A stretch of DNA of 64,000 nt from Octopus sinensis. Lineage: Eukaryota. Below the pieces are notes generated by a model, which was given only the letters and a program-made list of their open reading frames with translations, ran no database searches and was not told the origin of the DNA. Positions 13,924 through 28,034 of the stretch are shown in pieces. A program made the translations under genes and the position numbers. Within the stretch, counting starts at the first letter, position 1; the number at the start of each line of letters is the position of its first letter. The stretch spans positions 50,964,001-51,028,000 of the forward strand of contig NC_043004.1 of the NCBI RefSeq assembly GCF_006345805.1. The letters run 5' to 3'.

Positions 13924-15099
13924 ACACACACACACACACAAAGGACGTGGACAACACGCTCATCCTTCATCAGCTATCAGCCAAAACGCATCACAATTTC
14001 GACACCTTATCCATAATATTGTTCAATTTGTTGGCGTCATCTACAAAATGCTGTCGGGACATAAATGAGTCAAAATAAAGGACAGAGCATGCTTATTTAT
14101 GATTTGAAATTTGTGACCCTAGAACGTAAAAACAACAAAAAAAATGTAACTCAGCTCAATTAAGTTTTACGCGGGGTTAAACAGCCACAAAGAGTTTCCC
14201 TTTCTGGCTCTTGCAGGAAATCGATAGAGCAGTGGACAAAATGCTACATGTATATTTAGTACGGTGCTTTATGACCTGAGTTCAAATTTTGGTGGAGTCA
14301 ACTTATATTCCTAGAATTTATGATTTAAAAAAAATGTTATATATTATTTAGTCAAGAGTGGCTATGACCATTTGCAGGACCAGTCAGGCAAATAGTGTTA
14401 AACTGGTGGAGGATTCAAGGAATAAATTATTTTACAATAACAACAAAAAACAACAACAAAGTTATAGCACCAGTCAAGTATTGGATCAATAATCAATATA
14501 ATCGATCGATCAGCTATTCCTTTCCCGCAAAATGTTTGGCCTTGAGAATACATAACAGAAATAAATGGTTATCATTTGAGATTGTTCTTGTCAGGTGAGA
14601 AGGGAAAGAGGGAAGAAAGAAAGAACAAGAGAGAGAGAGAGAGAAGCGAGACCATCAATGGAATGTTGTGTCTAATTCTCCATCTTTATCGGTTACAATT
14701 TGACATTTGACCGTTCAGACCCAGATGTCTGCATTTCAAGGAATCAGGAAATAGTTACGAGCTTTGGGGGGGGGGGGTTTAGTGAGATGTGGTTCTGTGC
14801 TGTCTTGTCTTGGTTAACTATGTAGTAACTAAGGGAGTATTATTTATTTGTAATATACTCGGAGTTTTTTTTATCTGTTGTATGCGCTTATGACAACATT
14901 TAGATTAGAGAAAGGATGGGTGTTAGTAAAGCACACACACTATGTACTCTTAATGTGTGTGTGTGTATTCTTATGTGTGTGTGCTTGTGTGTGTGTGTGT
15001 TTGTGTGTGTCAGCATGTCCACAGCTCGAACTGAAAACAGGTAAGAGTAAATGACACACACACACATATATATATGTGTGTGTGTGTATAATATATTAT

Positions 15100-15406
15100 A
15101 TTATGTACTACGTACGTATGTATGTATGTATGTATGTATGTATGTATGTATGTATGTATGTATGCATGTATGTATGTATGATGTACGTACGTATGTATGT
15201 ATGTATGTATGTATGTATGTATGTATGTATGATGTATGTATGTATGTATGTATGATGTATGTATGTATGTATGTATGTATGTATGTATGTATGTATGTAT
15301 GTATGAATGTATGCATGTATGATGTACGTACGTACGTATGTATGTATGTATGTATGTATGTAGTATGTATGTATGTATGTATGTATGTATGTATGTATGT
15401 ATGTAT
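15100..15406. repeat. (TATG)n microsatellite (similar blocks at 3550-3645, 11168-11368, 56090-56225, 60176-60230)
   Basis: Directly visible. Confidence 0.95.
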
Positions 15407-17329
15407 CACCTAGTTCTCATTGGGAGACAGCGAATAGGAAATGCGAAGATACTTAAATAAAATTGATGCAATGTGTCTGCTTCGATATAATAAATGAATC
15501 GTAGCGTGCGTTCTTATAGTTGTAAATGTACGTGTCAGTGTGTTTGCCTATATGTGTTTATGCGTGCGTGCGTGCGTGTGTATGTGTATGTGTGTGTCAA
15601 TGTGTGTCGGTGCGTTAGTGTGAGTTTGTGTCTGAATGTACGTGTGTGTAAAGAGAGGAAGTGGAGGTGGGAAGGGTGCGGTGAAAGAGGGAGAGAGAGA
15701 GAGCACAGCTAGAGAGGGAGCTATCGAAAAAAAGGAGAGAATGAAATGATAAAGCGAGAGAGAGAGGGAGCAGATGTGAGTGAAACGGAGAAAGAAAGAG
15801 GGAGAAGATTATAGAGTGGAAATGGTAGCAATATAATAAGAGAGAGAGAGAGAGAGAGAGAGTGAACTGTTGGAAGGAAGAGAAAAGTGAAAAAGAAATA
15901 ATGAGTTAGAAATAGAGAAAAGTAGAGCTAGTAAAGAGAGTGTGGGCAAAGATGAGGGAGAGACTGAGAGAAAGAATAAAGGAAGTGAGAAAGAGAGAGA
16001 AAGAGCCAAAACGCCCGAACGATAAGACAAAATATGGAACGGAGCGAAGAAGACCAGACGACAAATTCATATCAGTGTTTACCTCCTCTTCCTTCTCCTC
16101 CAGTTTTTAATTTCACCCTTTCTGTTTTTCCTCTCTCACTCTTTCTCTATCTCTCTCTCTCACTTCTACTCCTATCTCTCCTATTCTATGCTACTGCTCC
16201 ATAACTCCCTGGCGCTCAGTGCTAGAAATAACAACCAAGTCCCATTTAAAGAATCACACGATTTCCTAGATATATAAAAGAAAGGGATCGTCATTGCCGG
16301 AACATCTTTCATCGTAGTTTCGCCTAATCAGAGGTGACCAGGGGCTAAACAACAACTTACTGCATTTCTTTGTTTTTTTCCTTTATTTCTCTATCTCTCA
16401 CAACATCCCACTTTATTATTGTTCACCCTCTCTCTCTCTTTCTCACTCCCTCTCTTCTGCTTCATGCAACATCCCTCTCTCTCTCTCTTTGTCTCCCAGC
16501 TCGTTCCTTTTTTCTCTTTCTTTCTCGTGTTTTTCTTTTCCCTTTCTCTTTGTCTGCTTCTCCTCCTCCCTCTCTCTCTCACGCTTAGCCTATCCCCAAC
16601 AATCCACTTCCTCCCACCACAACTATCTCCAGTCCTTTCTGCTCCTCCCTCTCTCTCATTATACACACACACACATATATATCTGTCACATTTTTACTCC
16701 CTGTATTTGTTTACTATATCTATCTCTCCCTCCCTCCGTCTCAGTTCGTCACAGTTACCTCAGACATTCAGAGTCACAAATTTTGCCTCAGTGCTCTGTT
16801 TGACAAGGTGACGGATTAGATAACTGTCTGTCACTTGCGAGTTCAAATCCTACCTGCGTCGGTTTCGCCATTCCTTTACAAATTCGATAAATTAAGTACC
16901 AAGTCAAGTACTTGAAGAATCTATTTTTGGAAATCATTATCATTATTGTTATATTTTAATATTCATGCATTTAAATTTTAGCATTTCACTAATTTGGACA
17001 TTGCATCGAACCTATCTTTGTCTATTTCCTGGATCCTGTGTTGTTAATTGTTTTGTGTGCAAAACGGGACATTTTTAATCAAACGAAACCAAAGCCACAA
17101 GAAAAATTTAAATCACACACACACACAGACAGACAGACACGCACACACAGAAGCACTTTAAATTCATACATACACGAAACTCGGCTCTTGGGTCACTATA
17201 ACTTCTGATCATTACACTCTCTGAAAATTATTATATCCTCAAAGAAAAAGGAAAACTTTGTTTTAATTATATTTAACCCTAAGAAAATATACTCACACAC
17301 ACATAAAAGATAGAGAGAGAGAGGGGGGA

Positions 17330-17659
17330 AACTTGTTTCCTTTCCTTATTTAATTGTCTCGCCGCCGCCTCCTCGCCCTAACAGCATTCAATTTATTCAT
17401 TTTCAATTTGGAGTTTTACGAATCGAGTCGGGCTGAAAGACTTGTCCGTCTTGAAAAGCAAGGATACCCCCGAGCTACATGTGCGTAGACGAGATATGGG
17501 ATGTTGTGATGTTGAACCATTATCCAAAACAGTCGCAATTGTTCGTGTAAAGACAGACAAATATAATAATATCTACAGTTTTTAATTTTAACATATACAT
17601 TCTTATATACCCTATATTTATACACACACTGGGAATATCTGGATATTTTAGCGGCCAAG
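17330..17659 (+). promoter_or_regulatory. Probable promoter/5' UTR of the KLF gene
   Basis: Non-repetitive, CpG-retaining stretch with a GC-box-like element (cgccgccgcctcctcgccc ~17360-17378) just upstream of the ATG. The TSS cannot be placed. Confidence 0.4.
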
Positions 17660-17716
17660 ATGAATAGCAATGCTGCTTGCGACCCGCTCTCTCCACCGGC
17701 TACACCTACAAGCCCG
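17660..17716 (+). CDS. KLF10: KLF10/11-like (cabut group) exon 1: MNSNAACDPLSPPATPTSP
   Basis: ATG in good context (gccaagATG), strong donor CCG|gtaagt, phase 0 matching exon 2. The SPPATP motif resembles the N-terminus of invertebrate KLF10/11 relatives. The link across a 15.4-kb intron is inferred. Confidence 0.7.
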
Positions 17717-18220
17717 GTAAGTACCAAGTAATTAACGTTAATTAATACGAATAATGAAAACCCGGTTTGTTGTCATTTCTCTTCTCAAGCCATCTCGGTG
17801 CGTGTATATACACAGATGTCTACATATACGCGTACGTATATATATATATAAATATATATGTGTGCATGTATGTATATGCCTGTCTGAAAACGAATGCCGT
17901 CTGAACGCATGGAAACCCCGAGGCCTCTGCGGTTTTAAGGGATCAAATATTTATGTATGGTTGTGCTTGTAAGAGAGGACCACCATAAATTCCCATAGGG
18001 GTCATAAGAGGACCCTTCTCAATGTGTGTGCATTATACGCCGGTGTGTGCAAGAGTGCATCTATGTATAATTTGTCTTGCTGTGTGCATCTTTGTTTATG
18101 TATATTTGAGTGCATTTTTAAGTATATATATATGGTGTGTTTACCTGTTTTCAAGATTGTGCTTATGTATGTATATATTCGAACGTGTTTACGTTTGTGC
18201 GTACTCTAGTGTCAGTAGTG

Positions 18221-18252
<32 letters not shown>

Positions 18253-19697
18253 CATACACATATATATATACATACGTACACATATATATATATACATACG
18301 TACACACATATATATACACATACGTACACACACATATATACACATACATACACACATATACACATACATACACACACATATACACATACATACACACACA
18401 TATACACATACATACACACATATATATATATACATACACATACATACACACACATATATACACATACATACACAACATATATACACATACATACACACAT
18501 ATATATATATATACACATACACACACACATATATATACATCCTATATACACGCACCATAATATATACTAACATATTTCTATTATTTACGCAAGCACCTAT
18601 ATATCCATGCTGACTTCATGTGTGCCTATACATTTTTAGCACACACGCATACATACATGCATACAAGCGCTAGTTCACACACACTTATACATCGGCGCAC
18701 ATATATGCAGTTGTGTATATATGCTATACACAACCGATGGAGCCGAGCCATAATACAAAATAACGGTGGTGGAGCTCAGTGGTTGTTCCACGTGCTAGAA
18801 ATAGCAGCCAAATCTTCAAGTTGTACTCTAACTTCTTTGAAAAGAACACTTCGGATAATGCAGACGCTGGTTTCCCTACACAGAGGGAAAAAAATGATGG
18901 AATGGTCACGGCTGGAATGAAAGAAGATCCGAATCACCCTCAAATTATAGGGTATTGTTTTACTAAAAGGACACATTGGATAAATCATAGTATGGTTGTC
19001 GAACTAATCTAGGATTGAACAGCAAAAACCGTCTCTCATGACTGAGCGGTCTCCTGATATACTAGAAATAGCAACCATAACTCCCTCAAATCACGCCAGA
19101 GTATCTTTAATAGGGAGGGGTATAATAATAAGGTCCTGCATGCATACTGCTTTAAAAAAAAGTAATAAAAGAGAATGAGAGGGAGACGAAATGATCGCAG
19201 CTTGAATTCATTTTGATCATGGATTTGCTGGATCAGATTGACCTAGGGCTAAACTACGACCTTTTTTTTTTTACATTTTATGTCGGCTTTTATTGCCTGA
19301 TGGTGATGGTCCTTTAATGGGGTGGAATCTACGGTAGAGGAAAGGTTATTTATAGTCGCTGTTGTGATTTTAGACCAAGTCAATTCTGATTCAGCTGCAG
19401 ACCTTATTATTCATCAAATGTGTGCCATCTGGCCGTGACCGTCCCATCTTTTTATTCAGACGTAATACATCTTCTGTGCGCCGTTAAATGTGCGAACGAC
19501 CCCCTCTTCCGCTTTTATGTGGTTTGACTAAGCTGTTGTGGGTGCGCACTACCTTTATTACAAATCGGCATGGTACTTGTGTGTGTATTGTTATGCGTGT
19601 TTGCTTGTCTTCAGAACTTATTTGAGTGTGTTTACGTTTGTTTGTGCATATTTCGTGTTCTGTCACGGTATGTGAATGTGTGTATACGCACACACAC

Positions 19698-19731
<34 letters not shown>

Positions 19732-19746
19732 TGTTCCTATAAATTA

Positions 19747-20095
19747 GAGTCGGAAAATGTGTAGTGCGCTCAAAATCATAATCTTTTCGGATTTCCCCCA
19801 CCAAAATTACCCATCAGGGGACGAGATGACTTCCCTCCAGCAATATTTTTATGTAAATTTTTTCCTCATTTTGACTTTTTTTTTTTTTTTGAAAATTGTT
19901 TTCAGATTTGTTCTGTTACACCTGGGATTATGATTTTTCAAAAATATGCTTAATTTTTAATTCTAAAAAAAAAACCCAACTAAATAAAACAAATATCAAC
20001 TGAAAAATTAAGGACAGCGGAAGGCTAAACACCACCAAATTCTTTGTTTTGTTTTAAAGAAAATAGGTTTTAGTGCACTAGGTAATTTCCGACTC
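19747..20095. mobile_element. MITE with ~28-bp imperfect TIRs (GAG...CTC ends)
   Basis: gagtcggaaaatgtgtagtgcgctcaaa versus the reverse complement of the right end, gagtcggaaattacctagtgcactaaaa; TSD unclear. Confidence 0.55.
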
Positions 20096-20110
20096 TTCAG
20101 TAGGAATGCT

Positions 20111-20147
<37 letters not shown>

Positions 20148-20150
<3 letters not shown>

Positions 20151-20279
20151 GGTGTCCCAAAAATATGTATACACACCTTACATAATTGTAAATTTGTTAT
20201 TCTTTGTAAGCCTAGTACTTATTCTATCGTTCTCTTTTGCCGAACCACTATGTGTATACATTTTTTTTGGGACACCCTG
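20148..20279. mobile_element. Tc1/mariner-type MITE in (TA)n
   Basis: TIRs cagggtgtcccaaaaatatgtatacaca / tgtgtatacattttttttgggacaccctg, TA flanks. Confidence 0.85.
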
Positions 20280-20911
20280 TATATATATATATAAGTGAGA
20301 GAGAGCGTACGTGTGTTTGCGTGTAACATCAATCGTGATTTCTTTTATAACAAGCGCTAATATATGCTTAGTGCTTCTTGTAGAATTCACATAGAATAAT
20401 ACAAATGTGTTTTTTTTTTTTCCTGTTGCCTTTAACCACTTCTGAGAGAAAGAAAGAGCAAGACAGAAGAATCGATCTAGTTTCTGATTGGTACTTTTAT
20501 CCCCGAAAAGATGTAAGCTACCTTAAGCGGGTTTCGAACTTTGAACGCAGAATGTCGGAATACCGCAAAGCCATTCTATTTGCCGCACCAACAACTTTTG
20601 GTGTATATAGGACTGTATTGACTAATGTGTCATTTTTGTTGTTATTGACGAGCTAGAAGAATTGTTAACAAATCGGGTGGCAATCTTTCTGTCATGTTTG
20701 AAAGATTGCCAGCGGCAAAATGGTAAGTGGCATTTCTTCAAGCTCTTAGCATCCTGAGTTCAAATTACGCCGAGATAGACTTTACCTTTTTATCCCATCA
20801 CGGTCGTTGAGTACCAATTGAGTGCTGGAGTCGACCGAAGGATTCCTGTCAAATTGTTGGCCTTGTTTCAAAATTAGTAAGAATTATTATTATTATTAAA
20901 GACTAGGGTTA

Positions 20912-21340
20912 GGGCGGCGAGCTGGCGTTCTGAGTTCAAATTCTGCCGGGGTCGATAATATAAGGGTGCTACTTAAATGCAGAGGTCCCTAAAATCTAAC
21001 CCTAACCCCACGGGACCTCTATTTAAGTAGTGCTAATATAATACCAGTCAAGTACTGAGGTCAATGTAATCGACTTCACCCACCTCTCAAAAACTGCTGG
21101 TTCTGTGCCAAAATTCGAAGTTATTGTTTAAGATTAGAAGGCGGCGAGCTGGCAAAATGGTTAGCACGCCGGGCGAACTGCTTAGCGGCATTTCGTCTGT
21201 CTTAACGTTTTTCGACTTTGTCATTCACCCCCTTCAGATTCGATAAAATTAGTTCCAGTTAAGCACTGGGGTCGATGTAATCGACTAGCCCCACTCCTCC
21301 AAAATTCCAGGCATTGTGCCTATAATAGAAGGGATTATTA
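20912..21340 (+). mobile_element. Two adjacent copies of tRNA-derived SINE family B
   Basis: Head ggcggcgagctggc, B-box gagttcaaatt, and ...ggggtcgatgtaatcgact... body; the same family recurs at 34060, 36700, 43880, 52094 and 61545. Confidence 0.75.
20964..21033. mobile_element. 70-bp MITE with an 8-bp TSD inserted in a SINE
   Basis: TAATATAA at 20956-20963 and 21034-21041; TIRs gctacttaaat..agaggtccc / gggacctct.atttaagtagt; (TAACCC) repeats in the loop. Confidence 0.7.
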
Positions 21341-22571
21341 AAGACTAGGGTAGGCATGGGTAACCGTTTTTTCGAGAAACGCAGGCTGCATGGAACATGG
21401 CTCATCAAAACCGGTTGTTATTGTAGTTAGTATCGAGTGCAGATCCTGTAGTGATGTGTCGATGACTCGTGGGGGTGGGGAAAATCAGTGAAGTAGGTGT
21501 GGTAGAAGAGGTGTATAGCTGGGTGTGGTAGGTATACTGCTTACGGCGTGCTTGATCTTTTAGCCCAAGGTCAGTTTGATCTGTTCCTACATTTTTTTTT
21601 TCTTTTTTCTGTATCATACAAAATAAATTGATCTGAGTTATTATTATTTTTATCATTTTTGTTTTTCTGCACCAAAATTTCAAGTTTTTTTTTTGTTTTG
21701 TTTTTTTTACATCCTCTTCTCACTTTTCTGCATTCTTCATCCAATGTGTCATTTCTTTTTCGAAGAAGTAATGTGTAATTTGAGGGAGATTTATCTGCTA
21801 TTTCTAGGAAGTCAAATGACTGTTGTTGGTGGTGGTGATAATATATGCACCCTTTTTCTTTCCCATATGGTATGGAACTTCGAAGGACAGCTACTCCAAA
21901 ACTCTGCCTATTGTTAATATGTGGTCCCTGGCCCAACCTTGATCAAGCAGACCCAATAATGAAATACATACCCGCCAGCCATGGCTCTCGCATATTTTAA
22001 AGGCCTAAGATTGCATTTTCTTTATTTAAGCTGCTTGGATGCGATCTGGCCAGTCGATCGACCACGTAAAACCTTTCTCGTTGTTGATGTTGGTGTTCAA
22101 CCCCAGGACAAGGCCTGATTGAGCAGATTTATGATCAAAGGCATTCTAATCGTATCGGTCCCGTCTTGTTTTTAGGGCACAAGCTGTGTGTGTGTGTGTT
22201 TAAGTTAACGTTTTAATGTGGACTGTTTATGTAGTGATTTCTTAACCTTAGTGTTCTGTTAATCTATAGTATTCTGTCGACGCATAAGCGATCTAATAAC
22301 CAATAGTGTGGGCTGTTCACCTACAGAGATTTGTTAACCGTCGTGCTTTGATATCTCAGAGTGGCCTGTCACTATTAACTTAGTCTGCTATCCTCTAAGT
22401 GGTTTCGGGTTTAAGACCACACCTTTTTTGTAACGACTTAACCAGAAAAATGTCACCCCAAAGATTTACCTTTTGGGGAATGATGTCAGTTTTCCATATC
22501 ACACTACACCTGAAGACGAAGGTTGCATTAAACTGCAAGATATCCATAAACTGGAAAAGTGGGGTGATGTA

Positions 22572-22779
22572 CGAAGGGGTGGTAAAAAGTTACTGGCTTT
22601 GGGTAAAAGAAAATACAGGAAGATCAGTTAATTATGATTTAATCAACATATTCCTCTTCTCAGATTCACACTTTTTGCAACAGTTCCAGCGATTCAGTTT
22701 TTCTAACCCCTGCAAAAGAACTCCGAACTAGGACTTTCACGACACCCTTAAAGAATAGTAACTTTTCACCAGCCCCTCG
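22572..22779. mobile_element. Mariner-derived MITE
   Basis: TIRs cgaaggggtggtaaaaagttact / agtaacttttcaccagcccctcg; TA on the left, TG on the right. Confidence 0.7.
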
Positions 22780-23755
22780 TGTGTGTGTGTGTGTAGTTAA
22801 CTTTCCATCCAAACAAATGCAAACACTTTGGTGCCAGTTTAGCATACAGCAACCCAAACTGCAGATTCAGAACCCAGATCCAGTTATTTCACCGCGTAGA
22901 CTGCGGATAGCGTGGTGGGCTGCACGCTCAAGTAGCACCAACTCTTTTTATACAGGTCGACTGATCATTGAAGTAATTCAGATAGGGAAGAAAGAAAAGG
23001 ATTAAAGGATTATGATAGATAAAAAAAAAAAGGAATTGAAATTTTAAGAGCATAAAAAAGAGCAACTGTGGCGATAACCAATAAAAAAAAAAACTCATTT
23101 AAGTATGGAAACATATAGAGCTCTTTAGAAATGTGTGGTAGGTTCCCATATGGATGATGCAACTCGGGACTTAATTCCTTGTATTTAACCTTTTGGCTGT
23201 CCAAAGCATTTTCGAAAGTTTGTCCTAAACATTTTTGCTTCTTTTCAGACTTTTAATGAGTCTTTGTTTTATACGTTCTGTGTAATATAAGGCTTTCCTG
23301 TCTTTCATAAGTCCCGGGTTTCTCTGGTTGTTGGAAAAAAATTGAGAATGGCATATCGTGTGTTGATGCATGGATGCCAGGTTGAACAGGCAAAAAGGTC
23401 AAGATTTGAGGGTGAAATTGAATCATTGGCAAGAAGAGCTACTAAATAGCTACTAGGATTGAAAAACCTACTTTCGAAAGATTGAGAAAGATAATCTATA
23501 AAGGGTTTATTGTAGGTGTATTTATTGCTATAGTTAAGTGGCTTCAGGTGACTATAGATCGTGGAAAGTTATACCTGAAAGCATGAAATTCAAACAAAAA
23601 GCAGGAGATAGCCAAAACAATGATTTTAAAAGGGCATTTGTTCGTTTTATGACCACAGAATGAAAGTAGGAGATTATCTCAGCAGTCAGACGGCGTTAGT
23701 GTGTGGCTGGTATAGAAGTTCGTTAATGAATCCCGACTGGAAAATTATCTGTAAC

Positions 23756-23851
23756 TTTATAGTGATTTTATTGGGGGGATGACCTAATTTATAGTGATCT
23801 TATTAGGGGGATGACCTAATTTATAGTGATCTTATAAGGAGGATGACCAAT
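23756..23851 (+). repeat. 32-bp minisatellite x3
   Basis: tttatagtgatcttattagggggatgacctaa-like units starting at 23756, 23788 and 23820. Confidence 0.9.
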
Positions 23852-25399
23852 ACTTCATGGGGTATTAAGCCCAATGCTAGAGTGGAAGAAACTGTGCAGA
23901 ACAATAAAATCAAACTTGGAACACTGTAATTGCGAAGCAACCTTTTTTAACGACATGGCCATGTGAGTGTGTGTTTTGCCCACACGTATTCACGCTGCTG
24001 CTGCTGCGGTTGGGTTTGGTTCAGCGATAACAACTGAGTTGCAAATAAAGCCAGACTGTCGTAGCCAGTGTGTTTGCTACGATGTAGCAATATTGCACAG
24101 CCAGGATGTGCGCGTTTTGTTTATGATATCATACCACTGTAGAAAACAGACAAGATATATTGTCGCAACCTGTTGTGGTTAGATACATCAATTCGCAACA
24201 GCTGTACAGTCTGTGGTGGCTCTGAAACTGTGGTAATAGATTGCCTCATTAGAATGGAGAGAAGACATGGGGCACACAATTATAACCATAATTTTTAAGG
24301 CTTACATTTCTGACTCCGCGTCACGCATGGATAGTTGATTTCCTGGCAGCAGTAGCAGACCTTATTAGATAACGTTTTAACATCAGTCAGACATCACCAT
24401 TCTTTAAGATGAATTGGACGATCGTTGTACGTTTTCATTGGTTGATAAACTTAAAGAGAAAAGGCCTGAATGAATGAAAGAAACGGGTGTTCAAATTAAC
24501 ATGGTTAAATCTAAAAATTAAATTACAGCAGCTTAGTAAAATGTTGCAGGTATCACACAAGATATACATAAATATACAATTAATTCATTAATAATCGGTA
24601 GAAGATAGAATGACTTGCGGCGGGTTGAGAGTTTCGTTTGTTTGCACTTATTAAACTGTTTTTTTTTTTAATTATATTTTTTCTGTTTACATCACCAAAC
24701 TTTATGTATGTATGGTTACATAGGGCCTGTGGGTTGCAGTTTGCTCATGAATACTCTACATCAGCTCTAAGATGAATATCAAGTGTTAGTTTGGCGTGCT
24801 GTCTACTCTGGAATGACCTAATCTGAGTTAGGCTTAGTATTAGATTGCATGCTAAAGAGTAAATGGCCAGGTAGACCACATGCTAATACGGCGCCGAATG
24901 TTATCTCTTGATTAAAAAATCGGTCTCAACCTTACCCCGCCAAATTTTTTTGACTTTATACAAACGTAAGAAATTACTATAGTTCTTATTACGATTATAA
25001 TTATAACAGCATATTTTTTAGAGGAGACAACTATAATTATATCGGTTTGGTAGGCAATCGTCATCTGGTGTCTTTGTAACACAGTTGCAGTGAACTGGAT
25101 TAGAACTAGAAACCTTTATTGCTTTGTATTCTGTCATCGAGAAGTGAGTTGATTTCCGTACAAAACCGATTAAATCATCGTGTAGCAACACTCTCGCGCA
25201 CAAGGGAAAAGGTTGACAGGGACTTCGAAGTACTTGCCAACCTTTTTCTTGCAAACAATGTAAATATGCCACTCTACTAAGAAGTATTGAACAATCCTTC
25301 AGTTTGATGTTCACCTATTTTTATTGTGTAACTTCACGTAGAAACAAAAACATAGATAGTATTCCCCCCACTCTCTCTCAGTCTCTCTCCCTCTCTCAG

Positions 25400-25441
<42 letters not shown>

Positions 25442-27392
25442 CCAATAAAAGGTATTTTTAATATCAGTATAAGAAATATATTGGAAGGAGAACGAAAAAG
25501 CAAATGCTTTATTTCGTTAAATACGGAGATAGCGTGGTGGGCTATTGAAAATATTACACACAGAACACTGCTAAATAGATTGCCTGATTCCCCTGCAAAG
25601 ACATCGCCTTGGTAATAGTTACACCATTGGGATGGCAGTCACAGACGCACGCAATACAACATGGTGTTTCTCCCTTCTATTTATAACTCCAAGCAGTTGT
25701 GATGTAATATTTATATTAATGCGAATTCTAACAGAAGCACGAGGCAGAAAAACGTTCCGAGCGGGTTTATTTATGTATTTATATAGTTGGTTCATGTCGA
25801 CCTAGTATTTGACGCGTTTATATTCCATTTAACCTGGGAAAGGATTTCGAACGCAGAAAGTAAAGAGCCGATTCTGTCCAATTAAATAATCTTGAAATAA
25901 TCGTTTCTTTTGGCATTAATTATTCGACTAGCCTACTTTTCTCTCCAAAGTTCAGACTTTGTGCTTATGTTAGAAACAATTTAGGCAGACGGCCAGAAAT
26001 TTCGAGGGATCCCTGTACTTGTATTTTATCGACCTCGGAAAGATGAAAATGCGTCGCTGCTCAAGCTGAGCCAATAAGGAAGCCTATGACATAATTTTCA
26101 TTTTAAAACATATAATATAAATAATAAAACACCATGTTTGAGAATTTTTGTATATATTCGAAAATTTCAGCATATCATTTCTGTGATCTCTTTCCGTTTT
26201 GTACCGGAAGCCATTTGGTCAAGTTGTCTAATGTTTGTAAGCAACTCCACTTCCCATTACAAACCAGAAGTGACTACATACCAGAATCCCCAAATGTCTA
26301 TAAAAAAAACTCCTAAAGTATAGCGTTTTATCGTTTTTATAAAGTATAAAACGATAAATTAAATTATTGGCTCAAAGATTTATTGAACAATATGTGTGGA
26401 ATCTCTGAATGTCTACAAAAATTTTAAGGTGTGCTGTTTTATGTCTATAAAAATATACCTTAAAACGTAGAGTACTGTCCCCCAATTTTTTTTTCTTCTA
26501 GAAAAATTGAGAGTGGTGATGAAGGGAAGTGGAGGGATTGTAACAGGAATCCAAAGAAAATGTTTGAAAATGAAAATAATTAAAAGTGGTTGGGGTACCT
26601 TATTCAATACGTCGATATTTCCATTCAGAAAGTCCTGCGGGTTTCAATTTGCCCATGCCTGCTAAATTGCTAAAAATAGTAACCAAGTTTCCCTCCCGCC
26701 TTAAATATTGTCTTTTAGTCTGTAGAATATGGTCTATGAAATGTAACTACTGCTCGTTGCAGATCGAGTAACTAATTTCATTGGGTCTGGACAAGGAATG
26801 TTTCTCTGACTTGTATAGTGACTGATTTGAGCTGTGGAAAAGTGACTCCCGAGAAAATATTTGATTTTTAACCACATCGTTTTATTTATTTAAATGCCAG
26901 GGTGTATTTAGAATGAACTTCATTATATGTCCCCCTTCGCAGGGCGTCATTTGAGTGAGACTTGATTGCTTTTTATAACGGGTCGATGAGCAACATAAGA
27001 AGCTCTCTTTTCGCTGTTCTATTGGTCATCCATGTTATGCAAACAAGTTTCCTGTGCAGTGCTCGTGTGTCTGTGTGTGGCTGACACACGAGTGATACAA
27101 CTTCGGAAGTTACAGGGTGATGTATCGATCCGTCTAGTTGGGTTAGCCAGATATATTGTCTATGAAGAGACACAGCAAACATTGGAAGTTCGACATATTA
27201 GTTCCGGGTATTTCGGTGGTTTAGCTATTGTGTATTGTGTATAGAGAGTTTTTTGAGAGGGTACTAACTACCCCATATCATGGATAAAGAGACGGCAGAC
27301 TTCAGTAATGAAAATGTCAAGGACGGGAGTGTTTGAGCAATAAAATGGTGTGACAAATGTTCTTTCAACCAAGCGCGCGCATAATGCATAAC

Positions 27393-27735
27393 GTTTCAGT
27401 CATTAGACTGCGGCCATGCTGGGACACCGCCTTGGAGAATTTTTAGCCGAATGTATCGATCCCAGTACTTTTTTTTTTAAAGTCTGGTACTTATTCAGTC
27501 GATCTCTTTAGCCGAACCGCTAAGTTACGAGGGTGTGAGCATTCCAGCACTTGCTGTCAAGCAGTGGTGAGGGAACAAACACAGACGTAAAGACTTCTTT
27601 CAGTTTCCAACCACCATGTCCACTCACAAGGCTTTGGTCAGCCCGAAGCTGTAAGTAGAAGACACTTGCCCAAGGTACCACTCTGTGGGACTGAACCCAG
27701 AGCCATGTGGTTGGGAAACAAGCTTCTTACCACAC
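27393..27735 (-). mobile_element. SINE family A, diverged copy
   Basis: Reverse complement of the family A consensus (gactgcggccatgct...cactcacaaggctttggtc...ttaccacac). Confidence 0.75.
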
Positions 27736-27964
27736 ACACATATCTACATACATACGCACGTATAGATAGATAGATAAGCCTCTAACTGAAAAATTGTGGA
27801 TTTGTATAAAGGACACACACACAGACATTTTGCCGTTTATATATATATATATATATATATATAAATATATATATATAAACAAAACCGCTGGTAGCGGAGA
27901 ATTTTTCAAGAATTTTTTGCTACCCTAAAATGTATTAATTAATGATATATATAATATATATATA

Positions 27965-28033
<69 letters not shown>

Positions 28034-28034
28034 T

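Noticed and set aside
23756-23851. CRISPR-like 32-bp repeats
   Set aside because: Directly adjacent units without spacers, eukaryotic context, no cas genes.
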